64,000 bases of DNA from Parasitella parasitica NRRL 2501 (GCA_025201805.1 MU619247.1:294482-358481); one strand, 5' to 3'. Counted from the first letter of the stretch, positions 13,220-26,446 are shown. A program made the numbers and translations. The notes: generated from the sequence alone by a model not told the origin.

Positions 13220-13808
13220 ATGAAGCAAGAATCCACGTTAAATCCAAAAAGTAACGAAGATGGTAAGTGTCAAAATCGAATACAACCTCACCTACTGATA
13301 AGGGCAGTAGAAATGGATATTGTGTCGAACACCATCAATATGACTGAGGATATAGTGGAGGATTTTGCAAGACAACTCGACCAAGGTATATTGTACAAAT
13401 AGCAAATATAAAATGTATTGTTGTTCATGTATATATCTAGTTGTTCGTATTCGGGATACAATGGTGGAAGAGGTACAGGAGGTTCAGAGACAGCAGCTAG
13501 GTGATAGCGATCAAGATGATGAAGATGTCATGTTTGGGTATCAACAACTGCCTCAAGACGACGACGCTGATGATGATTATGGGTATGATCAGTTAGCTTC
13601 AGGTGATGATGAGGAGGGGGAAAATCAAGCTATCATTAAAGATCCATTGCAAATTGAGGTGGCAGCATCCGATCGACTGAAGCCAGGTAACTCTACTTTG
13701 TTGCCTAGCAACCAAATGTTCAACATGCTGATCAAAATACATTAGAAACTTCAGATCTAATCAAGACAATCATGGGTAGTATTCGACTTCCCGATGAAGC
13801 AATTCCAG
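13220..13808 (+). CDS. Acidic protein with male-enhanced antigen 1 (MEA1)-like C-terminus; last exon probably lost in the N gap at 13914-14043
   Basis: Acidic GYQQLPQDDD region and exon ETSDLIKTIMGSIRLPDEAIP resemble the MEA1 IKxxMxxxxLPxxAIPxWA motif; canonical introns. Confidence 0.6.
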
Positions 13809-13913
13809 GTAAATATAATTTTATTAGAAAGAAAGACGAAATAAATGAGACAAATAACCAAACCAAATGCACGAAATGACTAACATTTCTCCTTCAATTT
13901 TTTTCTTTTTACT

Positions 13914-14043
13914 NNNNNNNNNNNNNNNNNNNNNNNNNNNNNNNNNNNNNNNNNNNNNNNNNNNNNNNNNNNNNNNNNNNNNNNNNNNNNNNNNNNNNNN
14001 NNNNNNNNNNNNNNNNNNNNNNNNNNNNNNNNNNNNNNNNNNN
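13914..14043. other. Assembly gap (other gaps at 16935-17008, 22489-22513, 25556-25565, 27739-27748)
   Basis: Runs of N, mostly next to long A/T homopolymers. Confidence 1.
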
Positions 14044-14360
14044 AAAAAAAAGGCCTGATAATGAAAAAATCAACCAGGGGAACGAATAACAATGTGTGCA
14101 AGCATCTAATATGGTAAAAAACAGTGTTGAGTGGTGACTGCACAGCGTACGATACACTGTCTATTGGTTGAATCGCAATGCAACTTCTCACACTCAGATC
14201 AAGCCCAAAACCAAAAATTTCGCCTCCTCATTCAATACACCTTTTATCACACTAATAATTTTATTTTAATAAAGTAAGCATGAATCTCTCACTATGAGAT
14301 TGAAATTTATTTTTTCTGGCTTAACGCGATCGACTAACGTGCTTCCATCTGTACTATAGA

Positions 14361-14823
14361 ATGCCTAAGGAAACTACCAAACGTACCAAGCCTGCCAAGG
14401 TTGATGAAAAGAAGAAGAGAAGCAAGAAGGACCCCAATACTCCTAAGCGTGGCTTGTCTGCATACATGTTCTTTTCTCAAGATCAGAGAGCAACTGTAAA
14501 GGAAGAAAACCCAGAGGCCTCATTTGGTAAGTTTTCTAGTCGTTCTCCATCATTTGAACAGTCTATTTATTACATGATTAGGTCAAATTGGTAAGATTCT
14601 TGGTGAAAAGTGGAAGAAGATGTCCGATGATGAGAAGAAGGTAAATGTCAATTAAGTCTACCAGGGCAAAAAGCTCATATTTTTTTTGATCCATAGCCTT
14701 ATAACAAGAAAGCTGAAGCCGATAAGAAGCGTTATGAAGATGAAAAGGCTGCTGTAAGTAGAAAAAACTTGGCCACACTAAGTTTATAACCTTGATCTAA
14801 TTACATTCATCTATTAGCAATAA
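14361..14823 (+). CDS. NHP6: Nhp6-type single HMG-box chromatin protein
   Basis: [72 protein letters not shown]; three coding introns plus a likely 5'UTR intron (~14274-14359). Confidence 0.95.
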
Positions 14824-15015
14824 GAAAATCACAACCTCCTAAGATTTACCCTTCCTCTATTTTCTTCCAAGTTTGTTCTATTATCCCCAAAGCCTTTTTT
14901 TTTTTTATTTACAAAAGAGTGCTTTCAAATTATATACGTATATATAAACCTTCTCACTAAAAAAAAATATGAAAATTGCCATTAAACGCGTCTAAATTGT
15001 TCATTGTTTATTGTT

Positions 15016-17163
15016 TCAAGAGAGCATCACGTCAAACAAAAGATCTGGTTTTTGAAAATTGTTGTGAACGACGTTGACGAGCCAGTATCTGCTGCCAATG
15101 TCTTGCAGTATCTTTTTACTTGCGCTATTAGGAGCATATTGCTCTTCCCATTCGGCCCATAAACTAAAAGCCTCAGCCTGTTGTGTTTTGCATAATTAGT
15201 AAAATGAAGCTTTTCCGACTTTGCATGTATTTGCCTACCTTCCACGCTTCAAAACTAGCTTTTTCAATAATGGTAGGTTGGATGATTTCTTTACCAGGGA
15301 AAACACCCCATGTTACAGCATTTTGTGCTTCGGCGTCTGATACATTAGTTGAAAAATCACCCTACATTTGTTTTAGCGTATTATTTTCGGCATCTGTTAT
15401 TATCGCTACCTTTTGATTTGTAGCATAGTACGTGATTGAATCGTCTTTCCCGAGACGACAAAGCAATTCTTCCACTTGCTGATCAGACACAAAGAATTCA
15501 ATGAAGGCCTTTTGATAAACATACCCATTCTTTGGACCCCATCCGTAGATTTCGTCTTGACTGGGTGCACCATTCACTGCGGGTTGAGAACTGACGGTCC
15601 AGTATCCACGCTGGTTAATGTCTGTCAATCTTTGACGAATAGCCTCGCTCTCTGTATGGAGAGCTTCCTCACACCAAGGAAGTGATTTAACCTGTCCGTT
15701 GATATAATTCACAAATAACTCAGTGATATCTTGCTCAGTCTCTGGCTCTCCCCATTTTGTTATAGCTTGGGATGTCTATTTTAATCATGTTTAGATCCGT
15801 GCTCGTGCTCGAGCGCGTGCACAAATAGTCTGTACTTACAAGTAAAATTGGACCTGCACTGTACGTGTTCTCGCCATAAGCTAGACGACCTTTAGTATGA
15901 CGATTGTAAATCTTCGCTTCTTTGTCTTACCTGGTGAGCGAGAATCACCATAGCGACCATTGGGGAATTCATCCCATACCTCGACTTTGGCAGGGTCATG
16001 GATAGGAGCCCAAGGAGAAACCTTATTTGCCTGTAAACCAGTCTATGGTATGGTTAAAATCTACCTAATGTCGACAATGAAGTGACTTACTTCTTTATGC
16101 AAGTGCAACGCTTCCAGTATCAAACGAGTAGATCTTTCTAAATTGAGTGTGGAGATATGGAAGTTGCATACGCCTGCTTCTCTGTGTAACTTCTGGATCA
16201 TTTCAACAGCAAGATTGACACCATATTCCTTGACTTTTTGATCGTCGCCCTGGTTGTTTTCTAATATATCAGTTGTGTTCGCAGTAAATTATGATAAAAC
16301 CGATTATTTTACCTTAATTTTATCTAGGTCAGACACGACATTGGCAGGTACTTTGACATTACATAAATTGATCATACGGCGGAAACTTTGGTAGGTCGGA
16401 ATAGGCATGATACCAGGAACGATAGGCACCTGAATGCCATGAGCACGGCATTTTTGCATCCATATCACATAAGCTTCCGTATCGTAAAACAATTGTGTCA
16501 AAATAAAGTCTGCCCCTGCTTCCACCTTTTCTTTGAGATATTGAATATCTTGCTCCTTGTCTGGGCAATCGATGTGTCCTTCAGGATAGCCAGCGACACC
16601 AATGCAGAATGTATCGCCGTAATACCTGCGAATGTACTTGACAAGGTCAATTGCATGTTGGAATTCATTGTCAACGGGCATCCAGTATTCGTGGCCTCGA
16701 GGTGGATCACCGCGCAATGCCAGGATGTTGCGAATGCCAGCCTTCTTGGCCTGCTCGAGAGCTTCGTCAATCTTGGCTTTTTCCATGTTGGTACAAGTCA
16801 AATGCATCAGTGTATCCAAACCATAAAGACTTTGAGCTGTTGTACATAATTCTAGTGTGCGATCATGTGTAGATCCTCCGGCTCCCCATGTGCATGAGAT
16901 AAACTCAGGCTCAAGGTGAGCCATACGACCGAGANNNNNNNNNNNNNNNNNNNNNNNNNNNNNNNNNNNNNNNNNNNNNNNNNNNNNNNNNNNNNNNNNN
17001 NNNNNNNNAAAAAAAAAAAAAAAAAAAAGGCACAATAAGCATAGGGTTAAATGACCATCTCAATCAACGCAATTACAAGCTCGGTTTTTGGAGGAAAATA
17101 TTCAAAACTGTAAGCAATGCGTTTGCTCTTTTGCGCTTGTTCGATTTTATCAGTAATTCTCAT
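15016..17163 (-). CDS. MTHFR: Methylenetetrahydrofolate reductase (Met12/Met13 family; short linker suggests Met12-like), multi-exon, N gap inside
   Basis: [90 protein letters not shown]. Confidence 0.95.
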
Positions 17164-17341
17164 TTGAAAGAGAAGCAGTTAAGTAAAAGAACAACCTGAG
17201 AGAGAGAGATGCAATTGTAGATGTGACTTTTGATGAAAGAGGAATCATGATACGGTACCCTTTTGTATGGGGTGAAACAGATTCTAATAGGATATGATCC
17301 TCTTGCAGGGTAAAATGGGATTACAATTTTATTCATTTTGT

Positions 17342-18469
17342 CTATTTTTTGGTAGGCCTTCTACGGCCGCCGACTTTTGCCCCCATAACATTCACTTTTT
17401 CTCCACCACCTCTCTTACGAAGAGACTTTTTAGTACCAGAAGAATCCACATTCGTCTTTTGTTCCTCCTCCACAGCCTGATCTCCTTCGACAATCTCCTC
17501 TTCGTATTCCTCTTCGATTTCCTCCTTCTTACCCAAAGCCTTGTGAATCAGACGTTTAGGCCAAGCGATAATGAAAAGACTGCTGACAGTCGGCTTAGTA
17601 ACCCATTCAGTATTCAAATGTATAGGCTCTTTAGTTCGCTCATCGGGATATACAATGATATAGTTATCGCCCTTCACTTCGCAGCGCATGTTTCTTTGAC
17701 CAACCTCAATATAACTACGACCCAAGGTAGCAGCACGGCCCTTGGGAGCATCATGGATCATATGAGCTCTAGCTTCAGTGACAAATTGAGCGATTTTACG
17801 CTTTTCTTGACGGTAATTGATCTGGCCAGCGATATGTTGCATGCCAGCAGCAATGAGCAAAAGAACAACAGTGACAGTGCCTATTCCCGGCCTGAAGCGG
17901 CTGTAAAGGTAACCAGTACCACGCCAGCGAGGTACACCATTTTTGTAAAAGAAGTTGTAACGTTCGCGGCTTTTGGCATCACGCAAAATTGATACAATGA
18001 CACCTAGACGCGTGAATCTTTCTTTTGCCTTTGGATCACCCTTGTTCTTGTCAGGGCTTTTTTGGTTCGAGTTAGCAGGCTAATTCCTCCTTAAAACGAA
18101 ATACACTCACTGCCATTTCAAGGAGAGTTTACGGTAGGCTTTACTGATTTCAGTTTGAGTTGCTGAGGGCTTTGGACAGTTGTTGATTAGCATAGATTGA
18201 TAAATAGGGAAAAATTCCACTTACAGCTACTCCTATCCATTTGTAGAAATTGACGTCTTTGCCTTCAGCCTTTTCCAAAGCATCAACAACATCAAAGATC
18301 TCAAAGTCGGCTAGTAGCAAAGAATCTTAGTGTCTCAATGTTGGTCGTAATTCATCGACAATTTACCTTCGGTCCAAGCTTTTACTTTGGGAATCATAGA
18401 GAATATAACCATGGCAACCAAGAGTAGGCTCAGGATGCCTTGGTTTTTAAAGAATTTTACACGCGCCAT
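17342..18469 (-). CDS. ERJ5: ER-localised J-domain membrane protein (Erj5-like)
   Basis: Signal peptide then WTEADFEIFD, J domain with HPDK split by an intron, RERYNFFYKNGVPRWRGTGYLYSRFRPG and a transmembrane helix. Confidence 0.88.
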
Positions 18470-19116
18470 GTAAAATAAATTGGATTGAAAAGAAGGATAA
18501 AATAGCTTTTACAGTGCGGCTGGTAAATTTTGCCCGTTTTAAAAAAACAAATGGCGATTTCCGATAAATGATTAGCTCAATTTGGCGTTACTGAGAGCTA
18601 CTCTCGGCAATGATGTTAAGGCTTTAATTCGTTCTTTTCGCTCTTATATTAGCTATTATGATGAAGAACACATTTTTTATGAAGATGGAGAATATTCTCC
18701 AATTTACTCAAGCGTACCACATCACATCATTGGACAATCTTCAATCTTCAATTGAAGTACATTGTCATGATCTCCTGTCTATAATTATGGCAGATCACAT
18801 TCTTTTTGGGTGAAGCAATATAATGAAGTAATTAGGAAAGAAAGAGTAGGCCAAAAGTTACAAGCCGCGTAAGTTTTCTTTTTTATTATGAATCTTCTCT
18901 TATTTACTAGGATTTACGTTATTTAGTCCTAAATCCGTTAGTCTGCTATTCACAAGAATCTTTGAAGTCGTCAAGGAGAGAGCAAGTTTTTTTTTGTTTG
19001 TTAAGTAACTATTATTTATTAGAGAAACATAGCCCATGAATTTGAATTGGCATCACTCCGTGTGTCGCGAGAAGTATTTAAGGACGTAGTAGTCATTGCT
19101 CAGGGTGAAAGTGGTT

Positions 19117-19217
19117 GGTCATAACACAGAAGTAGTCCAAGAAGATGGTAATAACACAGAAGTAGTTCAAGAAGCTGGTCATAACACACATAAAACAGAA
19201 GTATTCCAAGAAGCTGG
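19117..19217. repeat. Imperfect 30-bp minisatellite, about 3 copies
   Basis: GGTCATAACACAGAAGTAGTCCAAGAAGAT / GGTAATAACACAGAAGTAGTTCAAGAAGCT / third copy with a 9-bp insertion. Confidence 0.85.
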
Positions 19218-19623
19218 AATCTACAGGATCAACAGCTGCCTCACGATCTTGATTATGTTGGAGATCATTTGCAACAAATGTTATATAGCTAATTTTTACG
19301 TGTAATCAATATATCTTTAAAATTTTAATCTTCTTCGTCTTAATTAAGCGATATGATGCTATCAGCTATCAGTTCTTCCCAAATGATCTTTTGTTCCGCA
19401 GGAACAACGCAGCAAAACTTCTAGCAACTAGCTGATCTCTAGTAGATTTTGTTATATCCATAGTATATAACGGTTTTCATTATTTTCAGTACGTTGTCAT
19501 GGCAACCATTTCTGGATTGGATTTGAATATAAAATACAGCGAGAATGATTGTCGTTTGTCACCAAGCTACATGTCGCATACTGCCTTTACCAAACAATCA
19601 GTCTTTTTTTCCTACAACTACGC

Positions 19624-19985
19624 AATGGCAGCCCCTTTTTATTTCAAGTACAGGCAAGAAAAACGTTTACAATGAGCAAGGAAAATAGGTGTTTTGAACC
19701 TTGGAAGATGTCGTGACGCAAATCACAGATCCCAACAATGCACTTGAAACTGTAACGAATTGAAACATCTATCTATCTAACATCAAGCCTTGTTATTAAA
19801 ACTGTTGCAAAGGAAGCAGCTGCGACTCGCAAAACCAAGGAAACCGGCCTCTACTGCTGTGTATAATGATTAAAGCGACAAGACCAGAGAGATGCTTATG
19901 GATCGAATTATTAAAAGTCCTGAGGAAAGAGGTAGAGCGGCTCATTTTGCAAGACAGCTTGGATTCGACGAAGGAACCGCTCTTT
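19624..19985 (+). mobile_element. Degenerate N-terminal (HTH) part of a Tc1-like transposase
   Basis: Fragments VYNEQGK and SDKTREMLMDRIIKSPEERGRAAHFARQLGFDEGT, interrupted by stops and frameshifts; the start resembles the N-terminus of the element at 54593-55915. Confidence 0.6.
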
Positions 19986-20858
19986 AAACCACCTTCTAAG
20001 GAGACACACGTTTCACTAATGTGTGTGTGTGTGCATTAACATTAAAGTTGATCCAGTGTAAACTCATACTTCCAAATATTTTAATCTAATTTTGCCACCG
20101 AATAATAACGCTCTAGGACACAGTGCTTTTCTATTGAAAAAAAAAGGAAAGAAAAGAAATAAAAGCTATTTTTGTATGGCCTGAGTATGCACAATTTCTT
20201 GGAGAAATTATGAGTTTTCAGATAATCTTTAAAGGGATAAAGCAATATTTTGGCTACCATTTTGAAAGTTCGAGTCAAATCTTTCGCTTAATTCGGCCAT
20301 TTCACCATCTCAAGACACATAGTATTGAAGAGAAATACTCACTAGGGATCTATAATATAGGACAAGTTAGTTTTCCCTTCCGAGAGCTCTTGTCTCTACC
20401 TGAGTCATCAAACGACACCACACTCAGTACACACGGCTTGATTAGGCAGATTACAAAGGTGAAAAAAACTCAACTTCATCATTGACAGTAATATTTCGAG
20501 ATCAAAAATTCTGTACCTATCAATTCTTGCTTGAACGGCGAGAAACTCTTGCGAGCCTCACATTACGATGGATTCAAATGCATGCCAACAGATAACCAGA
20601 AACAGATGGCAAACAAGTAGAACTAATTGCCAGCGATCCCATATATCTTTGTTGATCAGGATAAAAAAAATTTATGGCGCAACGGCACGGAATCGACTAT
20701 TGTGAACAGGGCTTACTAACCTGGCACATTGGAGGTTCTGACAGGCTGAAAGTGTCGCCGTATATTTGATTTATTGATGGTCATACAATTTTGATTACTT
20801 TTTCTTTTTTTTTTTTTTTTTTTTTTTTTTTGAAATGCAAACAAACTCTTGACACATA

Positions 20859-21974
20859 ATGAGGGTATTGCCAATCTATATACCACTGTTCATGTTATTT
20901 TTTAAAGTCATAACTACGGCACCTCTGAATGGAACTATTCGACGCTTTTATATTGCAGCACAAGAGGAGCTATGGGATTATGCACCCATGCACTGGGATA
21001 ACGTGCGAGACCAACCTCTCACACAGGCGCCGTCGTCTCTTTATACCACTTATCGAAGAAACAAACGCATAGGTTCTGTGTATCATAAAGCTTTCTATCG
21101 ACAGTATCGAGATGATTCATTTTTGAATCCAATAGCGCACGATACAGTTCTGGGAAATCTGGGGCCCATCATTCGAGCAGAAGCAGGCGATCAAATCCAT
21201 ATTACGTTTTACAACAAGGCGTCCTATCCTCATAGTATTCATCCTCACACAGAGGATGCTGATGTGATTGATTTGCCCGGACAGTTTGTTCTGCCAGGTG
21301 AAAGGTATCACTATGTATGGGATATTCCAGCAGATTATGCATTTCCCGAGAATCAATCATCTGTGATTTGGTCTTATTCATCAAAAGCATCGCCTATAGG
21401 CGACGTCAATGCAGGTCTATTGGGTCTGGTTGTTATTTACAAAGCTGGTACGCTTGAGTTTCCCTCTCCAGGCTCCATGTTTCAGCGGCCCACAGGGATT
21501 GATCAAGAAGTGTTTACGCTCATGACCAATACAGATGAAGCAAAATCGACGTATTACACTGAATCAGGGGCTCGGCTTGGGTTTAGCGTGGATCGGTTAA
21601 AAGAACTGGAGGACACGGATCCGCTATTCAAGGAATCGAATCGAATGTACCATATAAATGGCTATGTCTACAACAACAACAAGATCATTAACATTGTTTA
21701 TGGCTCCAGAGTGCGATGGTATGTTGTTTCGTTTGGAGTTTCCGATCAAGACGTCCATACAGCCCACTGGCACGGAGCCACTATGCTACACCATGGACAT
21801 AGAGTCGATGTGGTTGACCTAACGCCTATCAGTTTTGAAGTCGTAGACATGATACCTGACAATGTAGGCCAGTGGCTTTTTCATTGTCACGTTGCCTCTC
21901 ATTTTGATTCGGGTATGAGCGCCTTTTATCAGGTTGAAGAAGTCATTTACACAGGCGATGAAGGTTGGGAGTAA
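20859..21974 (+). CDS. Secreted two-domain cupredoxin / ceruloplasmin-like multicopper oxidase homologue, intronless
   Basis: Signal peptide; RRFYIAAQEELWDYAP, LGPIIRAEAGD, HSIHPH, HTAHWHG, WLFHCHVASHFDSGM. Confidence 0.88.
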   Translation: MRVLPIYIPLFMLFFKVITTAPLNGTIRRFYIAAQEELWDYAPMHWDNVRDQPLTQAPSSLYTTYRRNKRIGSVYHKAFYRQYRDDSFLNPIAHDTVLGNLGPIIRAEAGDQIHITFYNKASYPHSIHPHTEDADVIDLPGQFVLPGERYHYVWDIPADYAFPENQSSVIWSYSSKASPIGDVNAGLLGLVVIYKAGTLEFPSPGSMFQRPTGIDQEVFTLMTNTDEAKSTYYTESGARLGFSVDRLKELEDTDPLFKESNRMYHINGYVYNNNKIINIVYGSRVRWYVVSFGVSDQDVHTAHWHGATMLHHGHRVDVVDLTPISFEVVDMIPDNVGQWLFHCHVASHFDSGMSAFYQVEEVIYTGDEGWE

Positions 21975-22013
21975 TTTAAATAAACATTTGTTTTTTTTCT
22001 TGCAGACGCTATA

Positions 22014-25000
22014 ATGAAACGTCAATCATCTATAAGCTCTTTCTTCACAAAGCAGGTGGATGATAAAAAGCCAAGATTACAGCATCGGGGAGAACAGGAG
22101 AATACTGCTACGACGACTTTTGCAGAAATTGATCCCTCTACGGCACCTGCTGCACCAGCTCCGAGAAAATCAATTGCTGATCCTGTATTATCAAAACCTA
22201 CAGTATCAAATCAAGAATTACAGAATTTACATGAAAAATTCTCAAAGAGATTTGGATCAATCGACAAAGAGAGACATCTCAAACGCCAACGTGTTGAGCA
22301 ATTGATGGCAGACATTTCCAAGCAAAAAGAAGAGATTATACCACTCCAAAAATTCACACCTTTGGAGACACAGGTTGTTGAACTGAAAGCCAAATATCCT
22401 GGGTGTCTTTTGTTAATCGAAGTTGGCTACAAGTTTCGATTTTTTGGAGAAGATGCAAAGGTAAAGAATCTTTTTTTTTTTTTTTTTTNNNNNNNNNNNN
22501 NNNNNNNNNNNNNTTTGCATACATAAATCTCTTGTTGACGTTTATGTGTATAGATTGCTTCTCGAATTTTACATATTGCAAATTTTATCGATCGCAACTT
22601 TTATGTTGCTAGTATACCTGTACACCGACTCGATTATCACGTCCAAAGGTACAATGAGAAATGTGCTTTACTACAATTGTTTAAAACTAAATCGCGACAT
22701 TTTAGGCTTGTAAAAGCGGGATATCGAGTAGGGATTGTCCGTCAAACGGAAACAGCGGCATTAAAAGCAGTAGGATTAAATAGAGGACAGCCATTCCAAA
22801 GAGAACTTAAGCAAATGATCACCAAAGGAACAATGGTTGAGGATATGGTTAGCCCCCAGACTACGGGCTATCTCATGTGCTTGGTGGAGGAAAAACGAGG
22901 AGGGCATGGATCCGACGAAAGAGTGCACATAGGCATGGTTGCAGTCCAGCCTTCCACGGGAGACATTATATATGACGCCTTTGACGATACATACATGCGT
23001 ACAGAACTGGAAACTCGATTATTACATATAGAACCTATTGAAATCCTGGTCCCCCGTGTTTTGAGTAAACCTACCGAAAAGTTGGTGAAACATTTATCCT
23101 TACAAAAGTCTACATCATTTGGAGAAGAATCTGTTCGAATCGAACGCATGTCGCTGGAGGATACATTCTGTAGTGATTATAACGCAGCACTGACCTTTGC
23201 GTCAGACTTTTATGCAACTACATCCTCGCTGCCTCAGGTGGTTGAACTGGCAGCAATCGTGATCAAGGCTTTGGCCTGCACCATTCGCTACCTCGATGAA
23301 TTCGAGTTGACCAGCACACTCCGTAATGCCAAATTTTTTAAGCATTTTATATCAGCAAATCATATGCTACTCAACGGCAACACGCTAGTCAATCTTGAAA
23401 TCTATCGCAACAATACAAATTTTACAGAAAAAGGATCTTTATTTTCGATTCTGAATCACACAAAGACGAAATTCGGGCAGAGGCTGTTAAGAAAATGGGT
23501 TGGAAGACCACTTGTCAATATCAACAGATTAAACGAGCGTGTCGATGCAATTGAAGAGTTGGCCAAGACTGATAATCCTAAAAAGAATATGGCATTATCA
23601 CTCTTTATGAAACTGCCAGACATCGAGAAAGGACTATGTCGTATTCATTACGGAAGGGTAAATTGAATTTGTTATTGCTAAATCATCGTACTAAATCGCT
23701 GTGTTTTTCAGTCAACTCCCAAAGAACTCATACAAGTGCTGGATGCATTGATGAAAGTTTCTACCGCTTTCCAAAAGGCTCATGAACCTAGATTTGACTC
23801 TGATTTACTGAATCGATTATTTGACACATTACCTACAATCCATTATGATGTTGTCGAATTCCGAGATGCCATTAATCCTAATTATAGTGGCGATAATAAA
23901 GTAGATTTGTTCAGATCAGAAGAACGTTGGCCCGAGATTCCAAAGCAAAAGAAAAACATCAAATACGTGGAAGTCCTGCTTGAGGATCACTTGGTAGAGA
24001 TGAAAACAGTAACTCGAATGAATAATCTCAAGTTTGCCTTTGTTTCGGGCATCGAGTATTTAATAGAGGTCCCCAACACTTGTACCAAGAAAGTACCCAA
24101 CGACTGGATCAAAATAAGCGGTACCAAGGCTGTCAGTCGATACCACAACAAATATATCATGGATCAGCTCAAAGAACGAGAGCAGTACAGAGAATTGCTT
24201 TTTCTAGCAGCAGAGAAAGCCTACACGCATTTTTTGGCAGAAATTTCTGAAAAATACGAGCATTTTCGAGATGTCGTTTCTTGCTTAGCCCATTTGGATT
24301 GCTTAGTATCACTTACAATTACTGCCAGTCAATCGGATTATGTCAAGCCTGCCTTCAACGCAAATGAAAATGAGACTACCATTAAAGTTATCGAAGGTCG
24401 ACATCCAATTGTCGAGCGTCTAACGAGAACGTTTGTGCCAAACGATATTCTTTTTGACGGTAAACAAAAAGCGATGATCTTGACAGGTCCCAATATGGGA
24501 GGCAAAAGCTCGTATATTCGTCAAATAGCCTTGATAGCCATCATGGGGCAAATTGGATCCTACGTACCTGCAAAATCTGCGACATTAAGCGTTTTGGATG
24601 CTGTATATACTCGAATGGGAGCCACAGACAACATGATGCGTGGCGAAAGTACATTCATGGTAGAACTGCATGAGACTTCTGACATTATGAAGCAGGCTAC
24701 AGCCAAATCTCTGGTCATTTTGGATGAATTGGGGAGAGGTACAAGCACGCATGATGGACAGGCTATAGCCTATGCTGTTTTGAAGCACTTTGTGCAACAA
24801 GTCAAATCTACCACCTTGTTTGTAACCCATTATCCCTCCTTGGGAAAGCTTGTCAAAACGTTCCCCGGGCAAGTGAGAAACTGTTATATGAGCTATATTG
24901 AAGACGAGGATGGTTCAGGTATTGGCAAATTTTTTATATGTATTCAGGAAAATTGACGCTTTGCTATATAGATTTAGCCAATATCGTGTTTTTGTACAAA

Positions 25001-25275
25001 TTGGTGGATGGCATTGCGATGAACAGCTACGGGTAAGCCTGTGCTCATGAAACAACCCTGCATTCTATCTAGAGCTTTATTTTTGTAGTATGAATGTTGC
25101 TAGGCTGGCCAATATACCACTGTCTGTGATCAAAGCAGCAAAACAGAAGTCTGATCAAATGCAAAAAGAGATGGAGGAACGTCAGTTTCAAAACAGAAGG
25201 ATACAAATATTAAAGAGCGTAATGCAGCCTGCGTTTGACATTGATCAGATTAAGAACGAGCTAGCACTATTGTAA
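22014..25275 (+). CDS. MSH3: DNA mismatch repair protein Msh3 (MutS-beta subunit), multi-exon
   Basis: N-terminal PIP box [14 protein letters not shown]...[13 protein letters not shown] (Msh3-specific YKF), [42 protein letters not shown]. Confidence 0.95.
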
Positions 25276-25608
25276 ATCATATGTAAAAAAATACTACTTT
25301 TATTCCAAATAAAATGTTTTCACTGTTCAAATGTTTGATCTTTTAAAGGCACTCTTTCAAACAATTCGGTATACAACTTTAGTGATGGACAAGTCTTTAC
25401 CGAGGTACTTTTCAATGCCATACTCACTAATGTGAGTGGTTTTCTTGCTCTTTGCTTTGAGGAAGAAGCAGCAGCGTTATTATTAAAAGATTTCGGTGCT
25501 TGAGATTTCTCTTGTACAAACTGTTTAATTAAAAGTGACAAATGCAGGCTATTACNNNNNNNNNNACTTTATTATGCCATTCAATTATCTTTTATCATTG
25601 TCATTAAT

Positions 25609-26446
25609 CTAGATTTTCTTCTTTTTCGGTACCGTGTCTCTATCCCTGCTACTCTTATGTTTGCGACGTTTACTACTACTGCTCTTCTTTTTTTCCGATT
25701 CCTTTTCGTTCTTCTCTCTAAAGTAAGCAGCCATGGGATCCTCATCATCAGCTTCCATGTCAACCTTTGCTGCTTTGGATCTCTTCTCTGGCCCAACTAA
25801 CGGAACACGATGAATAAGATTCTTGTTTGTGCCAAAGAGTTGACTATCCTTTGAATACCTTCAATCATCTGTGGAGCTACATTCATCTTTGGCTGATCAT
25901 CATCTGAATCGTCTTCTTCACCTCGTTTTTTATGCTTTTTAGGTCCTGTGTGCGAATGGTCTACTTGAATTGTGCGCCCCAGAACCTGCATTTCACTAGT
26001 CAATCAAAGCTTTAGCTCCTGACTATATAAAACCCACTTACTGTAGCACCATTTAAATTGTCTACAGCCAAAATGGTACTGCGTTGATCCTCGTATTGGA
26101 GAAAAGCAAAGCCTTTTGACTTGCCTGTTTTTCGGTCGCGAATAAGCTCAACATGGATAATTTCACCATATCTATATGAAATCATAGCATTAGTTTCTCC
26201 ATTGACAGAGGCTTGCTTTTATTACATTACTGTGAGAAAATACAAACAATATCGCCCTCTGTCAAATCGTAAGATAAACCACCTGTATATATCCAAGCAG
26301 AATTTTTATATTGATTGTGCCATGAACCAGAATCAGACCATGAACCGCTGGCTATTTCTATTCGATTGATTCTTTGAATCTCTTTGACAGTACTATATGA
26401 CTACCATGAGTAATTAGCGGATACTGGTTGCGATTTCTTACTTCAT
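25609..26446 (-). CDS. IST3: RES-complex RRM protein Ist3/Snu17 (RBMX2), multi-exon
   Basis: [72 protein letters not shown], and a lysine-rich tail with DPMAAY. Confidence 0.9.

Noticed and set aside
15799-15822. GC-rich 7-bp hairpin in an MTHFR intron
   Set aside because: The intron is of normal length and the stem is short with no known motif; not distinguishable from chance.
17294-17992. 232-aa + strand ORF
   Set aside because: Antisense shadow of the last ERJ5 exon with no recognisable motif.
19117-19217. CRISPR-like array (also the 27-bp duplication at 12114-12167)
   Set aside because: Units are head-to-tail with no unique spacers, there are no cas genes, and the host is eukaryotic.
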